Under the pieces are notes generated by a model. It had not been told where the DNA came from and did no database searches. It worked only from the letters and a program-made list of their open reading frames with translations. From contig JAQFVV010000004.1 of assembly GCA_028023455.1 (NCBI GenBank), positions 17,918,001-17,982,000 of the forward strand: 64,000 nucleotides of DNA, read 5' to 3'. The DNA is from Epiperipatus broadwayi (taxonomy: Eukaryota; Animalia; Onychophora). Positions 11,456 to 26,178 of this stretch are shown piece by piece (the first letter of the stretch is position 1; the number at the start of each line of letters is the position of its first letter). The position numbers and the translations under genes are program-made.

Positions 11456-14400
11456 TATATAAATCTTGACAGTTCCTTAGTTATAAACACAGTCCTCTGT
11501 TCATGTTTTGAAAAATTTGCAACAAGTAAAGTTTGCACATCATATGCACAAAATTTTTTTTTAAAAATATCTTTATTATTACCTTATCATTAATACGATA
11601 TCATAATTATTCTATTACTTTAATGGATAACCCAGTACACACAACAAACTAGCCAGACTGTGAGATTGCCATTTTTTGACTATTTTTTTCTAAGTACTTC
11701 CACTTCCATGGTGATCAGAGAGATCTCTAAGTAAAAATGCACAAAAATTCCTATTCCAAATCCAGTTACAATTGCAACTAACGATTTGTGATTTACTAAA
11801 CCTATGTCCATCAGGAATAAAATAAGTCAGAATTGCTATAAGTGTAATTAAAGGAAGAAAAGATTATTATTGTACAAACATAAAATTTCATTCATAGTTT
11901 AAGAAAATGATCAATGGTATGGATCTTAATTAAAATTTAGTGAATGAAGATAGTAAAATAAAAAAGGAGAGGGGGAGAGAGAGACAGAGAAACAGCACCA
12001 GCTTTTGATGAAACAACATTTTATCCTACAAGGCAGCAGGAGATACTCTGTCTGAGGCACTGTTTAGTGATTATTCATAGTTAATCTTATATTTTAAAAA
12101 ATAATAATAATAAAACAAATAGTTGAAAGCAAAACAAAATTTAAAAAAGAAATCTAAAAATAAAAATAAGACTTCTCTTTATGCTGGATTTATAGAAAAT
12201 AGAATGCAAACTTAACATTGATTTTAGCTTAAGGCAAGAGGTAATTTTGTTTGATTTGGTATATTAGTTTGCTTGTAAAGCATTTGAATACCATTGTTAC
12301 TGTTATTACTTTATTGTAACATTGTTATGTGTTGTTGTTTTTTATGAATGTTGTATTCATTTATATTTATATAATTAATGAAATCTTTTATCTAAAAAAA
12401 ACCCACTAACATTAATCTTCTCTCCTCTCTTTATGGTAAACTCAAGACACATTTTTAATAAGTTCAATGAAATCTGAAGTGAAGAAATGTTTGCTTACAC
12501 CACATACTCTTTTATATTTAAATGTTTAGCACCATACATATATGCAAGAGAGAGACACCATCACACGCTGCAAACATCTGGTTGCATTTAGAACAAACTT
12601 TTTTTAAAAAAAAAAACTTTTATATTTATTTGAATTAAAGTTTTGAAAATTTCAAATAAAACCAGTATAAACATCTTTAATATATGATAATAAAAATATT
12701 TTTTCTGTTTTTTTTTCTTTTTTTGTTTTCAAACTTTTTTTAAAAAAAAACACTAAAGTATTCCATAACATATTATTAAATCCAAATTAAACCAACTTAA
12801 ACATTTTAACACATTTTAAAAAATAATTCAAAAACAAAAAAGAAATACAACAAAGTATTATATAAAATTAAAAAAAAAAAAAAATCCCTTAACATTACAT
12901 TACCTCTAGAAGTCAGTTATCTTTTAGATGTATTATTCATAAGTATTAACAATTCCATCAAAATGTGATTTTGACACAAACAGTTCATTCTAAGGGGAAT
13001 CAGAGTACAGCACCAGGACACTTTTCCTTATTCTAAATGAATATTTGATGAAGTCAAAACAAATGAAAACACTGATTAATAATGACAAAAAAGATAAAAA
13101 TACAGACAATTCCTCTTTCCATTAGAAAAATGCAATCACTCTGATGTAAAATTAATGTTCTTTTCAAGATTCACAATGTAGTTTTTTTCCCCCTCCCAAT
13201 GACATATTCCAGGGCAATTATACTTTGATGAATCAGATTAAATAGAGAAAACATTTAACCTATGTAGCTTTTGCTTATTATTAAATTAATATTTTTATCT
13301 ATCTCAAAATCATATTTAAAAGAGGGTATATATATATTATCAAAAAAAAAAAGCAAAAAACTATTAAGATAAATTATGAAATTTGAAGAATAATTAATTA
13401 AGCTGTGATAATATTAAATAAACATTCTCTTTTTAAAAAAAATACTGTATATTATTTAATCACTCATGATTAGCTGGATCAATGATAATCTGCCAGAGAC
13501 CTATCTTGGAGTAATATTTTCACTTGAAAAATAATCATTTATGATTAATAGGAATTCAGATAAAACTTTTAATGTCAGAACTACCAAAGTGATGGCCTAG
13601 GTTAGGGTTTGGTAAAGTTTTTAATATAAAGAGCCGTTTTTTAACCACCACCACCCCACCCATAAAAAAACGGCAAGGAAAAAAGTGAAAAATAAATTCG
13701 GAAAAAATATAAATGTCTAAATAGCTGTGGATATATTTGAAGTTTATTATCCATTCTAACAAAAATAAAAAGTCTAAAATAAACAAACAAAAACAAAATA
13801 CAAGTACTACTTTGACAGTTCGATTGATTCACAAATTTCTAGCATTTAAACATTAATGGCTCTGCCATACATCTACCAGACCTAGGACATCCACGTTACC
13901 AAGCCAGCCTTGGAAGAAGCCAATACCAGCAATGAATTTGAGCCAACATTAGCAAAGTTTATTTAGTATTCATCTGTACAAATTTTGTTATGTCAATAAA
14001 TATATTTTTAAATAACTACTATTCTGTGTAATATAGCTGAATTCAAGAAACAACATTGTAAAGCACATTTTTCCTTTCCTAAAGGTATCAAAATATTTAT
14101 TTACAAATTACAAAAAGAAATTAAAAAATGTGCTTATCATAATAAAAAGAGGCATGAGCTTGGAAGCAAAGAATCATGTGGTTCACTATCTATAGTTTGC
14201 ACCTCTGGCCTAGGTTATCAAAATGAAAAAGGATATTGGGAATTAAGAAATATCTCAAGTATTAGATATAATTTTTATCCCAACTAGAAAACTCAACAAA
14301 ATTATTACAACTTTTGTACAATGGGGATATATCAAAATCAAAAATAAAATTATTCTACACTAGAATAAACAACGTTGAAAAAATTGAGCAAGGAAAGATT

Positions 14401-14899
14401 CATAAATGATATTCACTTAATTAAAACCTTTGTCTTTAGATTGATAAATGACTAGAAACACATGTTAAACATATAACAGCTTTGTTCCTGTCTTTCAAAA
14501 CAAATAATTTCTTCCTACTAAAATCATTTGAAACAATCATAGAAATCCTCATTGGGATAATTTTCATATATTCTAATTTTACAAATCATAAAATCTTCCT
14601 GCATGTTCAATATTTGTAGATAATTTTGATCTCCATAGTAGCTTAAAATATGCAAATGAGATAAAATAATACTTTAATCTATATACACATATAGTAAGAA
14701 AACATGATTCCAGATTTTTGTTTGGTTTTAATGAATAACAGCTGATCATTACCTTCTGATCTAAAATTGAATGTTTTTAAACTATTTATTAGTCATAAAC
14801 CTGTAATTAAAATCCACCAAGAACTGAAATGGAATTTTAAAAGATCAAATTATTCAATATCTAAATATATTAAAAGAATATATTAAAAAAATTGTATAC

Positions 14900-16330
14900 A
14901 GTAGTAAAGTGCTTGGACAATTTAGTATTAAAAGAATATCAATGGAATCTTCTGCCACCTCTTGCTATAAGAGATGTATAATAAACATATATCCCCCCCT
15001 CCCCCAAAAAAACCTTGAGATTGAATTAAATGCCTGTTATTTTCCACCATCAAAGCTATTAAGATTGACTCAGAATCAGAAAGTAAATTATCAAAATAAA
15101 ACTAAACACTTATCTTCTAATCCCAATCTGATAACGTATTACAAAAAAGCAGAATCTAAAGGCAAAGAATCAACAACAAACTATACCAATTTCAAAACTT
15201 AATAAAGATCCAAAGAATTACCATCCAATAAATTATAATTTTATTCCCTACAAGCTCTTTGAAATAATCATCATAATAAGAAGCATGCCAATAATTGAGA
15301 ACTATTAACCTTCAGAACAAGTTGGATTCAGGCCAAGATGAAACCGCTGATATAGCTTTAATTCTTCACATAAAAAATGACTTCTAAAATAATAACTGTG
15401 ATATATGCTGATTTGGCTTCAGTTGAGAAATACGTTTGACAAAGTGGTTTCCTAAAAGTCTCTACAATTTTTAAATTCAGAGAAATTATTAATTTACATG
15501 ACTAAATGATCACAGTTCAAACAATCATAAATAATAATCAAAACAAATACAAAATTTTAAATAACTGCCTTCCAGTGAATTCTCTATATAAAATAAAAAT
15601 TTAATGATTATAATGACATTATTTTTGGCTTGTTAAAAATGAACCTCTCCAGAAAAAAATAAGTCCCTCAGTGACATAATGAAAATAAGTTTAAGATTTC
15701 ATCTGATAAACGGAACATAATTTTCTGTAACAAAAACATGCAATAGAACTGTATCCTGTGCTACTTGAGTATAACCCTGGACCAAATTCTAACTTATCTT
15801 CCTCATGAATCAAATGTTGGAATTAAAATTTAAAATGATCTTTAAAAAATTGGCTTCTACTACATAGGGAGAGATATGATACACATGTTCTAAAACAACT
15901 TCCTTAATTAATGCAAAATGCTCACAATAAATTTCTGGATATACAGTTAAATATTACAAGATATATTATTAACAGAACCAAAACCATTGCCTCATGGGGG
16001 TATTCATATGTATTTCTTCACCAGCTATCAGATGAAAGTGACTTAGAAAAAATGTAAAAAATATTAAATAGTCATAAACTCAACACATAGTTTAATTATC
16101 TACATCAAGATCTTTATAGATGATTCAACCAATAATCTGTTCAAAATGGAAAATTATTAAAGATATATATATAAAATTGGATAGTTTTTATGCAGCTATC
16201 ACAAACAAAACATAGATCACAAAATTAATGACTATTTAATTTACTAATATAATAGAATTGAAAATCTTAATGAAGAATAAGTGAATCCAACATTTAAGTG
16301 AAATCTCTACAGATTCTTTTACAAATAATT
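14900..16330 (+). pseudogene. Decayed LINE RT (I/Jockey-group-like)
   Basis: IPISKLNKDPKNYHPI...PYKLFEIII...PSEQVGFRP...TFDKV (about 15180-15450) and KLASTT*G (about 15850), with many stops and frameshifts. Confidence 0.7.
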
Positions 16331-17228
16331 GCAAAAATAAAAGATTATACAATAAATAAGCAGTTACTGATAATATATATAAACATTAAACAGTATATTT
16401 TTAATCTGAATTAATATTTGTTTTCAATTGTAATTTAATTTTTCAATACTGTTTTTTATTTATTAATAGTTAGATTTATATATGTTAAAGAAAAAAAAAT
16501 AGACAAATGAAAAAAAAATTAAAGTAAATGTTATAATGATTATATAACTGATCTATGAATTACAAACCAAATATAACATGCTAGTCTTTTGGCCCGTTTA
16601 TTTGGCATCTTACAATACTTTAACTTTTTCTGCAGCAGCAAATTTTTTTTTCTGAAAAACTTCAAAACATTGCCTAGCTGTAGCTACTCTCCACTGAAAG
16701 CAATTGCATCTTTTTGGAATAATTTTGAGATAATTTTTATTAAGCAAATGAGGTCAGTGACTTCCATAAAAATCATCCTCAATTTCACTATAAAATACTT
16801 TTTTAAGTAGCCTATCTCTTTTCATTCACTTTACTTACATAATCCAGCAAAAATATATACTTACAATAATAAATTTCAGTAGCATCACTTTAGTAAACTG
16901 GAAGAACTTATAGATTGGTCTTAAGATCATGTTTTTCCTGTTTACAAGATAAATCATAAACAGTAATGATGATATCATTAAGATGCAGACATATATTATA
17001 TTAAATCCTGATGAACAATAATAAACTAATGTAAACAATAGTTGTCTAGGTTCAAATACTACATTACATATGCTTGTGTAAGGATAGCTTACAATCTGAT
17101 TTGAGTTCAGGTTTTGTTTACTCACACCACCAAATCAAACTCATTTAAAATGTAAGATTAGCTAATAGGTGACTGAGCATGCATTACCATTTTATAGAGT
17201 AAACATACACATACGCACATATATATAT

Positions 17229-18714
17229 TGTAAAGATATATAAATATGTCATTACATTAAATTAAAATAAAATCTTAAAGTTCGCAAATAAAAATAAATG
17301 TATTAAAAAAAAAAAAAAAACTAAACGCTAAAATTAAAATGTTCGTTAAACGTATATATTCGCACAGATACTAAACTTTAAAAATATTTTTTTTTTTATA
17401 AATAAAAAAAGGTATTTGAACGTACTTTTTTTTTTTATAAAAAAAAAGATTTAAATATAAAAATAGTTTAAAAAAAGAAATAACGTAAGTAAAAATAAAA
17501 ACAGGTATTAATTAATTCCTGTAATCTGTAAATGTAAATGATTGTTTATTAATTATCCAAAAGCTGTGTAATTAAAAAGTCAGATGAAAAATAGATAAGA
17601 GATTCGCTACGGGCAGGATTGCATATATATGCCACACACCTTCTGTTTGCCTATGGATGGGTTTGTAAGACGGCAAAGGAACGCAATCCATTCCTATGGA
17701 GTTTTATGTTTATTGTTCTACTCACCAACAGATGCAGCATTCCTGTTGGTGGAGAGACAATGTCTTCTCTAACTCTACTTACTGTTCAGACGTACATTCC
17801 TAACAGTATAGTATTTTGTGTTGTCGTATTTTCATGCTACATTGAATACATAAATGTATCAGATGGGTTGACGCCAGTTTGACTGCGAACTTTTTAGCCT
17901 AAGGTTAAATAAGGATAGAATATTTTCTTTAAAGTGCAAATCTATGTAGTCCATTCATACTCGACACTCTAAATAAAATTGCATTAAATTTAAGTTGGGT
18001 ATGGACTCTTGCATGGGTTCGTTACCGGTTCATTATGTTTTTGGTTTTCATATTTGATCAAAATATATAGACATTAGGTAAATACTGATACCTTACGGTG
18101 AGTATCTAAGATGTATTTATTTGGATGTCTTTTAAGTTATTGGTGTTAATGCGGTGTCTTATGATGAACACCATTGGGTTTCTTGTATTCCCTGTGTAAT
18201 TGACGGTATCAATGATTTTGTATTTTGATCGTTTATGTTTATTTTGAAATGTTTTTGACCGTGGAATCTATGTAACCGATCTATACTCAACATTTTTAAA
18301 CAAATCTGTGCGAACTAATAATAGTATAAAATTTAAAATGTAAATTTAAAAAATCTAAAATAAAAGTAAAAATAATGTTAAATATTAAAGTAAACATATT
18401 AAAATAATAATGTTAAATCTTATATATATATATATGTGCGTAAATAAATTTTTGTATGTTAATTACTGGCAGTGGCTTATTTTATTTATTTTTTAATATT
18501 GAAATATAATTAGATAAGATATTATATTATTAAATCTCTGCTACTCCCTGAGCTAGTGACATGGGCTAATGACCGGATATCAAAATATATAAAAAAAAAA
18601 AAAAATTTTTTTTTTACTTACGTATCTGCCTACTTTATAAATTTTTCTAGGTTCAAATGCCTAGATGGCGCCTTGTAGTGCAGATTACGTTAAGTCTTTC
18701 TTCGGATCGTTACA
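17229..18714. mobile_element. Solo-LTR-like insertion (1486 bp) in the 5' LTR
   Basis: TGTAAAGAT...ATCGTTACA termini with ATAT on both sides; absent from the 3' LTR at the equivalent position. Confidence 0.8.
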
Positions 18715-19419
18715 ATATATATACGCAACAAATGTTTATTTTATTAAATACTATATTTAATAAAAGTCACAATACATTAATTTCTCTTATCTAATAAAAA
18801 GATAAAAACCCTAATTAAAGAAATCATATAAATATATATGTATACCAATAATGAATTAAATGTCAATGTATTTTACGTCACAATACAAGTCTTAGACTCG
18901 GTAAACAAAACGATGACCTAATGTCAAGCCAGTCACTAGGTAACCAAATGCGGAAGATAAAAGCAGAACTCTATTACGTAATTTTATTTTTACTTGCAAT
19001 CAATATAATACACGTAAAAATAAACACATACAGCAATGGAAAAAGAAATAGAAATGCAAGTATACTAAACAATGGAAACTAAACCCAGTATAGAAGCAAA
19101 CCCAGTTCATCTCCATCATCTTTTATTATTTTCAAAAGGATATAATAGTTGTATAAGACCAACATCTAAAAATCGAATGTTCGAATCTAAGAGAATATGG
19201 ATGACTTATTCAAACATTCCAAATTATTCATCTAATCTTCGTAGTGCAAAATTATAAAAAAAAACTATAGCCAATAATTTTAATAGAAAAAAGATTATAA
19301 ATCCGTGTGATTGGATAAAAATAACTGAACTGATTTTAAATTGACATTTATAATAAAAAACTGCACTATTATTCGAAGATGGATAAAATAAAGAAATAGA
19401 ACATCAATTAGAACTAGAT

Positions 19420-20250
19420 TCCAAATATTTGAAATATGCAATGAAGAATACATAAGTTCAGGAAGTGACAATTATTATTGATATCTTAAAAGAAATAAAT
19501 GAATAAATAAAGAATTTGTTAGCAGAATTGTATATCAAATCTCTAAATGATGTACCAGATGATGAAAAGAATGTACATTAATATTTAATTAAAAATGTGA
19601 AAAAAATATAAATTATAGATCTATCAGTTTTATATAATTTTTATTAAAATCATTACAACTTATCTATAGAAAACATTGGATGCAAACTGATCTAAAGAAT
19701 AAGATCAATTTAAAAGTTTTAGCATAGTGAATCTGTCCAAATATTAAGAGAAGTTATAGAAAAGATCAACGCATATGAGTTGTCATTACACTTAGCATTT
19801 GTACTTTATGAAAAGGCATTTGTTTCTATAAGCACTTCTGTCATGGTTAAAGCTTTGGAACTTCAAGAAATGGTCTCAAGATATTGTAAAATTGTGAAAA
19901 ATGTTTATTATAATGCGGCAAGTGATTAGATTGCATAAAATTGAACAAGGTGTTTAAAACTTTTTGCCATAGTTTCATAAGAAGTATGCTTTGGAAGAAA
20001 ATAAAAAGCTATGGGAATTAAAAGAGATTATTTAATTCAAAGTCTAGATGATATATTTGTTTTTAAAATCATTGCTTCAGAAAGTTATAAGAATTATCAG
20101 ATTGATCTATTAACTTCGAACAGTATTTTTTGCTCACAGCAATCATTTATTATTTATAACAGACAGACAGTTGTACCACATTCCATTTTATGTTTAGTTG
20201 AATTTTTAAATACTGCATCAACATCATGAAACAGTCGTGGGATAACTAAT
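19420..20250 (+). pseudogene. Decayed RTE-like LINE RT fragment
   Basis: NYRSIS, QILREVIEKINAYELSLHLAF, YEKAFVSISTSVMVKALELQ and GIKRDYLIQSLDDIFVF pieces match RTE-type RT motifs. Confidence 0.75.
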
Positions 20251-20826
20251 CAATAAATTTAAGATACTTTTTATTTGGAAAAGTGATTTATTGTAATACT
20301 ATGTAATTTATAAATTCAATGTATAATTTTAAACCTTATTACTTTTCATTGACAAGTTTATTTTGAACTTTTAGTATTATATCTTTTCAACTTTTTATTT
20401 AGTTTTGAAAAAAAAGGGGAAGGAGGGGTTGGAGAGAGAGGACAAAATACACTCAATTGTAAGTTTTCATTTTGATTTCTTTTAGTAATGTCTAACATTG
20501 ATTACAAATCAATTTATAAATTAAATGTATAATTTCAAACAACCTCTTATTACCTGTAATTGACGGATTTGTTTAGAATTTTTTTTATTCTTATTTGTCT
20601 TTTAAATATTTATTTAGTTTTGAAAAAGTAAAGAGAAAAAAATACAGACAATTGTGTCATTGAGTTTTGTGAAAATGATAATACTAAAGGCCAAAATAAT
20701 TGTCAGCTACAAATTTTTTATTTTTCATGTAAGAAATTTTTTTTTTTTGTTATTCAATACAAATTACAACAAAATAAAACAACTGGATTGCTTTGAAACA
20801 ACAACAAATTAAAATAAGGTAAGAAT

Positions 20827-21091
20827 CAGGCTTGCCAGATATGTTCATTTCCAGTCATATTATCCATTTTTAAACCTTGCTGACCGGGAAATTTAAAAAA
20901 TGGCCAGGTGACTTGAAATGTCTGTTTTATATCCGATTCAACTTGTTGGCTACCATATGGCCGTACATTCACAGTAGATAAAATATAGTAATTCAAAGAT
21001 CATATATACAAAGACCTTTTCATAATTTGGCATCTTTGGCCATTTTTAAAATATTTTGGTTATTAATTGTAAAATTGTTTTGGCAATCCTG
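20827..21091. mobile_element. hAT-like MITE (265 bp)
   Basis: Imperfect TIRs CAGGCTTGCCAGA / TTTGGCAATCCTG (CAGGGTTGCCA type). TSD not preserved. Confidence 0.6.
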
Positions 21092-21163
21092 AAGTGTACT
21101 CACATTAATTTGTGCCCATGTGTAAAATAAACAAATATGTTAAACTGTAAAAATATATATATA

Positions 21164-22941
21164 TGTAACGGAATAAGTATATATGTAACGGAATAAGTAA
21201 AAAAATATATAAAATCACCCTCGAGTAGAAATATATGTATAAAAGGGGATTTAATAATTTGATTTGAATTAATATATATAATGCACAGATGGCAAACTAA
21301 TTATATAATTTAAAGTTAAAATCTAAAAACAAGATTCTTTTTAATATAAAAGAATTTTTAAAAAAATGCTGTTAATTAGTTATTTTTATTCTTAGAATAG
21401 AAATGATTTTCTATTTTGACGTAATTGCAAAGAGGCCCTTGGGCATATAGTCAGACAAGAGATAAATTTAAAAAAATACTACTGATAGGAGTTCAGAAAA
21501 TAAAATAAAAAAAACATTGAAGGGAGAAGAGATTTTTGGATTGGTGTATTGCGGATCTCCAAAATGTAGGGGTCAGCAATAATTTTATGTTTCCGTATTT
21601 GCAGCAGCTGAAGCGGCCTCCAAAATAGGATGGTTCCCAGAAAATAGCCAGCAACGGACTTCTCTCCATCTAGAAGAATAGGAAATGGAAAGAACTTTGA
21701 ATTCTACCATGCATCAAGGATTACAAAGATGGACTTTATACCTATAGCATTGGGAAGTGTAAACTTTTCTTTTAAATGAAGTATGAACATTAATCATATA
21801 ATGCAAACTTTTTCCAGTATTTTAAGTGTCACTTAACTTTTAAAAAGAAATCTCTTATCTGACTAAATTTTAAATTATTTATCTATTTTCTTTTTTTTTA
21901 AAATATGCTTAATATCATTTCCATTCTCGTAATTTCTTTTAAATTAATTATTTAAAGTGAGTGTGAATGGCTGCATAGATTCGTAAGAATGTTAGTTTAA
22001 AGTGTGTTAATTTTGGGCTAATTGTTTCGTAGTTGGATCGATGCTGGTGGATAGATGTACGGATGTTTTACGTCAATGTAACTTAAGTAGGTGCATTGGA
22101 TACTCATTCCCTTGTACCACGTTAGCATACAAGGCATAATACCCACCTGAATGTATGACCCAAAAGAGTAGTCATCATGTTGTCAATGGTCATAGACGTA
22201 TTTCCTATGCCATTGATTTTCTTATGCTCTGAGTGGGACAGTAAGCCGGCAAAGACCGCTATCACCATTTACAGAGCTTCTCGTATAATTTCGTTCTTGT
22301 ATCATGGGGAAAATGCTCATTCCTTCTCACCATAATTCATTATTTTTCTAATGATATCATGCTACAGATATAAAATTCCTGTTAGCATGATTGTGTTATG
22401 CTAATAATCTCATTTTGCATTGGTTAAATCGGTATATGGTTACATCGGTATATCAGTAAGCTACCGTTGGTTTAAATGCGAGATTTTTGGCCTAAGATTA
22501 AAAGGGATTGGGTTGGTTATTGCGTAATCTATGTAGCATGTTCACTCTTAATAAAATATTAAAATTGTATTTAAATCTATTAAACACTTCTAAATGCTTC
22601 CATCTGTGCATATAATCCAAATTAAATATATTTAGTTGATTTAATTTTCAGAATCTTTTTAATGCGTGTGTGCATTATAATAAAACGTTTTGTTGAATTA
22701 ATTTTGGCAGTAACTTATTTTATATATTTTATTAATATTTAAAAGTAAGCATTAGAAATTTGAATATATAGTATGATATTTTAAGCTCAGCTTCTTCCTG
22801 AGCTAGCGACTGGTGCTTTCGGTTCAATAAAAAGATAACCTCCCATGCGTATCTGCCTACTGTATAAATTTTCCAGGTTCAAATGGGCTGGTGGCGCCCT
22901 GGTATGACAGATTAGGTTAGGGAGTTTCATCAACCGTTATA
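21164..22941. mobile_element. Solo-LTR-like insertion (1778 bp), related to 17229-18714
   Basis: TGTAACGG...CCGTTATA termini within a (TA)n tract; the 3' ~150 bp (CTGAGCTAG, CGTATCTGCCTACT, AGGTTCAAATG, TGGCGCC) is shared with 18540-18714. Confidence 0.75.
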
Positions 22942-23885
22942 ATATATATATATATAAATGATGAAATAATTATTTTCTTATAAAAACAATTAAATACCAA
23001 ATAGTGAATTAATGAAATTTAAATCTTTTATGAACTGCAGAGCAATGTATTCTGCTAATTTAACATTGCCATAGGATTGGAGTGCTATTGTCCCTGATCA
23101 TAGGAAGCATGATGATTTACTATTCATTTGTATAATGCCTAAAGAACATCAAATGTCCTGTCTTAAATGTCTAGATGGATCCAGAAAGAAAATAACAGGA
23201 GATAGAAATAACATCATCTCAAATGCATCACCAAGGAGTCCCTACAAGTGATACATGACTTACAAAGAAGGATGACCTGAAGAGAGATGAGCTCTATCTA
23301 TGAAAGACTTTATTTGCCAAATTCATGGACATTAATCAAGATGATTTGAAAAAGTTTTAATTTAGTATGTATTATTTATATATACATTTGTAAAATTCTA
23401 TTTTTATTTCACTTCTGTACTTGGAAACCTAAATATCTACAACTTGGAAGAGTCCACTGAAATTGAAATCAAGAAAGTAGATGGGGAAATTATTAAGTTA
23501 GACAATTTTTTTTTGTCAAATAAAATTTAGGTCAACTCTCCTTCCATAGTGATTTCACATTTGTCACCATCATCACTGATATGGAATAAGGTAAGATTTT
23601 ATTTGATATTATTCCACATTAAGAACATACACTTGATACAGGACAGAATTCATGTTGTTTATTTACTTTTTGTTAACTAATGATCATTTATATTTCTTTA
23701 TTGGATATGAATGACAATTTCTTGACATTCTTTTCTATTAACCATAGGCAACTTGTACATAGTTAGGGGGATCCCCTGAGAAGATGGAACGTCTACAGCT
23801 GGAATTGGACAATGAAGCTACTATACATACATTGATATAATATTGTAAAATAGTTAGCTTCATTATCGTTGTAATAATGAATTAA

Positions 23886-24618
23886 CTCTTACAATGGTCT
23901 TTAATTTTATTGGCCGAGTAAGATAAAACTCTAAACTTTTAATTGGTCAATTCACAAACTCAGCCGTAAAAATATGTTCATCTTTTAATATTATATTCAC
24001 TTTAGTTTCATTTATAAAAAGTATATTTATAATTTATCAGGTTATGAAAGTGAACGAAAGTTTTTTCAAATATAAATTTTTATTTACAATTATAAAAATA
24101 TTCGATAGCGGCAAATCTAAAACAAACGTTACTCACCAACTAAAAAGTGTTGCTGATGTCAGTGATTTCTTTCCCAATTTTACGTTGCAGAAAAGTAAAT
24201 AATTTTTACTAAAATCTTAACTATTTTTCTAAAATAATTTTATTTTTAGCATATTTTATCAAAATAATTTATAATATGTCAAAAAATACTTTTAAAATGG
24301 TCTAAAACATTCATTTATCACTTTTGAAATAAAACAAAAGAAATCGTAGCAGTAAAATTTATTGACAAGCGGTTTTCTTTATCCTCTATGGTTAACAACC
24401 AATCAGCAGCAAGAATGGACAGCCCCCTTCTTTTGTTAGACTTACAACATCACATTTATTGATTTTTTACTTGTAAAATAATTTGAGAGGTCAGCATCTT
24501 ACGGGACTTTTTCTAAGCTTTCAAACAAGTGTATAAACAGTACCGTAGCTAAAAAAGTGGCCAATTTCGAGCGACCTAAAGCCGTTGATGTGGATTAGCG
24601 TATAGATCTGGAAAAGGA
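23886..24618. mobile_element. piggyBac-like non-autonomous insertion (733 bp)
   Basis: TTAA at 23882-23885 and 24619-24622; degenerate ends CTCTTACAATGGTC / GATCTGGAAAAGGA; absent from the 3' LTR. Confidence 0.55.
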
Positions 24619-25240
24619 TTAATGGATTTTTTTTTTGCTAAATTTTATCTGCTTTGTAAATATTTCATGCCTTGTTATGTATATCTACAATGGTTAAGGG
24701 TTGGAATAATAAATACAATTAGTCGTTAATATGGTAGAGATACATACTTGACACATACAAAACTATATACATTTTTTTTTATCATGTTAAAAGAGTTTTG
24801 AATTTATATTTTGTTAGTCAATAAATGTTAACTTGATTTTCATTAAAATGGTCTCTAGTTTGTCAAAATTATTTATCCATTCATTCATCAATTCATAACT
24901 GGATACACATGCATAGACACATTTTTCTTTTACATCATAATATGGTAATGTGATGAGACAAATCCCTCACTCAATTGGAACCTATATAGAGGAGCTGAAG
25001 GCAATATTCTCCCTGAGTTTGAATACTGAGGCATAGTGAAATCCGAAAGAGGGGTGAGGTAGGGATGAACTAGCCTAAATTGTATCTGAAATTTAATGTG
25101 TAAACTTAGAGCTAGCCCATTGGAGTTTTATACATTCATTGGTTAGGTACTTCATCGAATCATTCACAGCATCCTACCTGAATACCCTAGATCAGATCAC
25201 AGTGAGATGCATTCCCCCTCTTCCCATGGACCAATACATC

Positions 25241-25268
25241 TGGCTCCCAAACTTTAAGGGCTTGAAAC
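25241..25268 (+). promoter_or_regulatory. Primer-binding site (tRNA-Lys-like)
   Basis: TGGCTCCCAAACTTTAAGGGCTTGAAAC lies 2 nt after the LTR end (..AATACA) and resembles the TGGCGCCCAAC..GGGCTCGAAC-type PBS. A second copy starts at 27208. Confidence 0.65.
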
Positions 25269-26178
25269 AGGAGTTTCTAATGAGGTCCAGCCATTGGATT
25301 GGTAAAATTAAAAAAGAAAAAAAAATTTTTTTGGAACTTATTCACCCTCATGGATTTACCTGAGTAGCAACCAATTTACACACCTAACCAAAAAATAAAA
25401 ACCTCATATGAAATATTGAACATGAATTGATTGATGGAAAAGAAAAGATAAATTGAGAGCATGAATAAATAATTAATTAATAAAATTAAATTAAAATAGG
25501 AGAATTAGGCAAATAAATGGATAGGTAAAGTAATATACACCCAAACATAAAAGTACACAGAGAAGTTAAATGTAAGTGCTGAATGGCAAGAAGCAGCATA
25601 ATAAGGTTCTGTGACATGTATATATTATTAACAGAAATAACTTAATTTTTAAGTATTAAGGAAAAACTTAATGATAACCAGGAGTGGAAGCATTTATTAA
25701 ATAGAGATATGAAACGTTCTAGGGTACTACAAGATAGCAGTGATAGTGAAATAGAAGGTGATACTCTGAGTACATGGGGAAGGATCTTCACAGTTCCAAT
25801 TACCAGGGGGGTCTATGACCGAGGTTGATCACCCTCCACAGGCACATATTGCAGGTCAAGCAATATTCCAAACCCAAGAAGCACTGAGTAATGAGATAGA
25901 TGATGCCTGAAGCTGGAGTAACACAGCCTCCCAAATCTGAGGTGACCATGGAATGAATACTCCAAGTGATCATGAGCTTGACAGATGTCATGAGGCATAT
26001 GAGAGAAGAGATGAATTGTACATGGGAGAGATTCAAAGACAAATACGAGTGATATAAGGGCAGGTTCAAAAATAGAAATAATGCAATCCAAGTATAGCAC
26101 TATTGATCAATCAAATGTTGTGTGTTAAAGTATACCAAATGGCAAAGTGATGACAGAGAATCATCATAGCATTGTTAA

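Larger units (their letters stand above)
17077..25238 (+). repeat. 5' LTR (about 2.4 kb after removing three nested inserts)
   Basis: Segments 17077-17228, 18715-~19400, 22942-23885 and 24619-25238 are colinear with 30050-32340. Confidence 0.85.

Noticed and set aside
13590-13830. GGTTAGGGTTTGG motif as telomeric seed or Helitron-type end
   Set aside because: Single imperfect unit with no terminal hairpin/CTRR or partner end identified.
17619-17882. 87-aa hydrophobic ORF in the solo LTR (and 58264-58461 in the related element) as accessory genes
   Set aside because: The ORFs are not similar to each other and the 21164 element shows no matching ORF.
23270-23310. CTGAAGA...GAAA in the 5' LTR as a hammerhead
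   Set aside because: Stems do not register with the core, and the 3' LTR copy lacks CTGAAGA.
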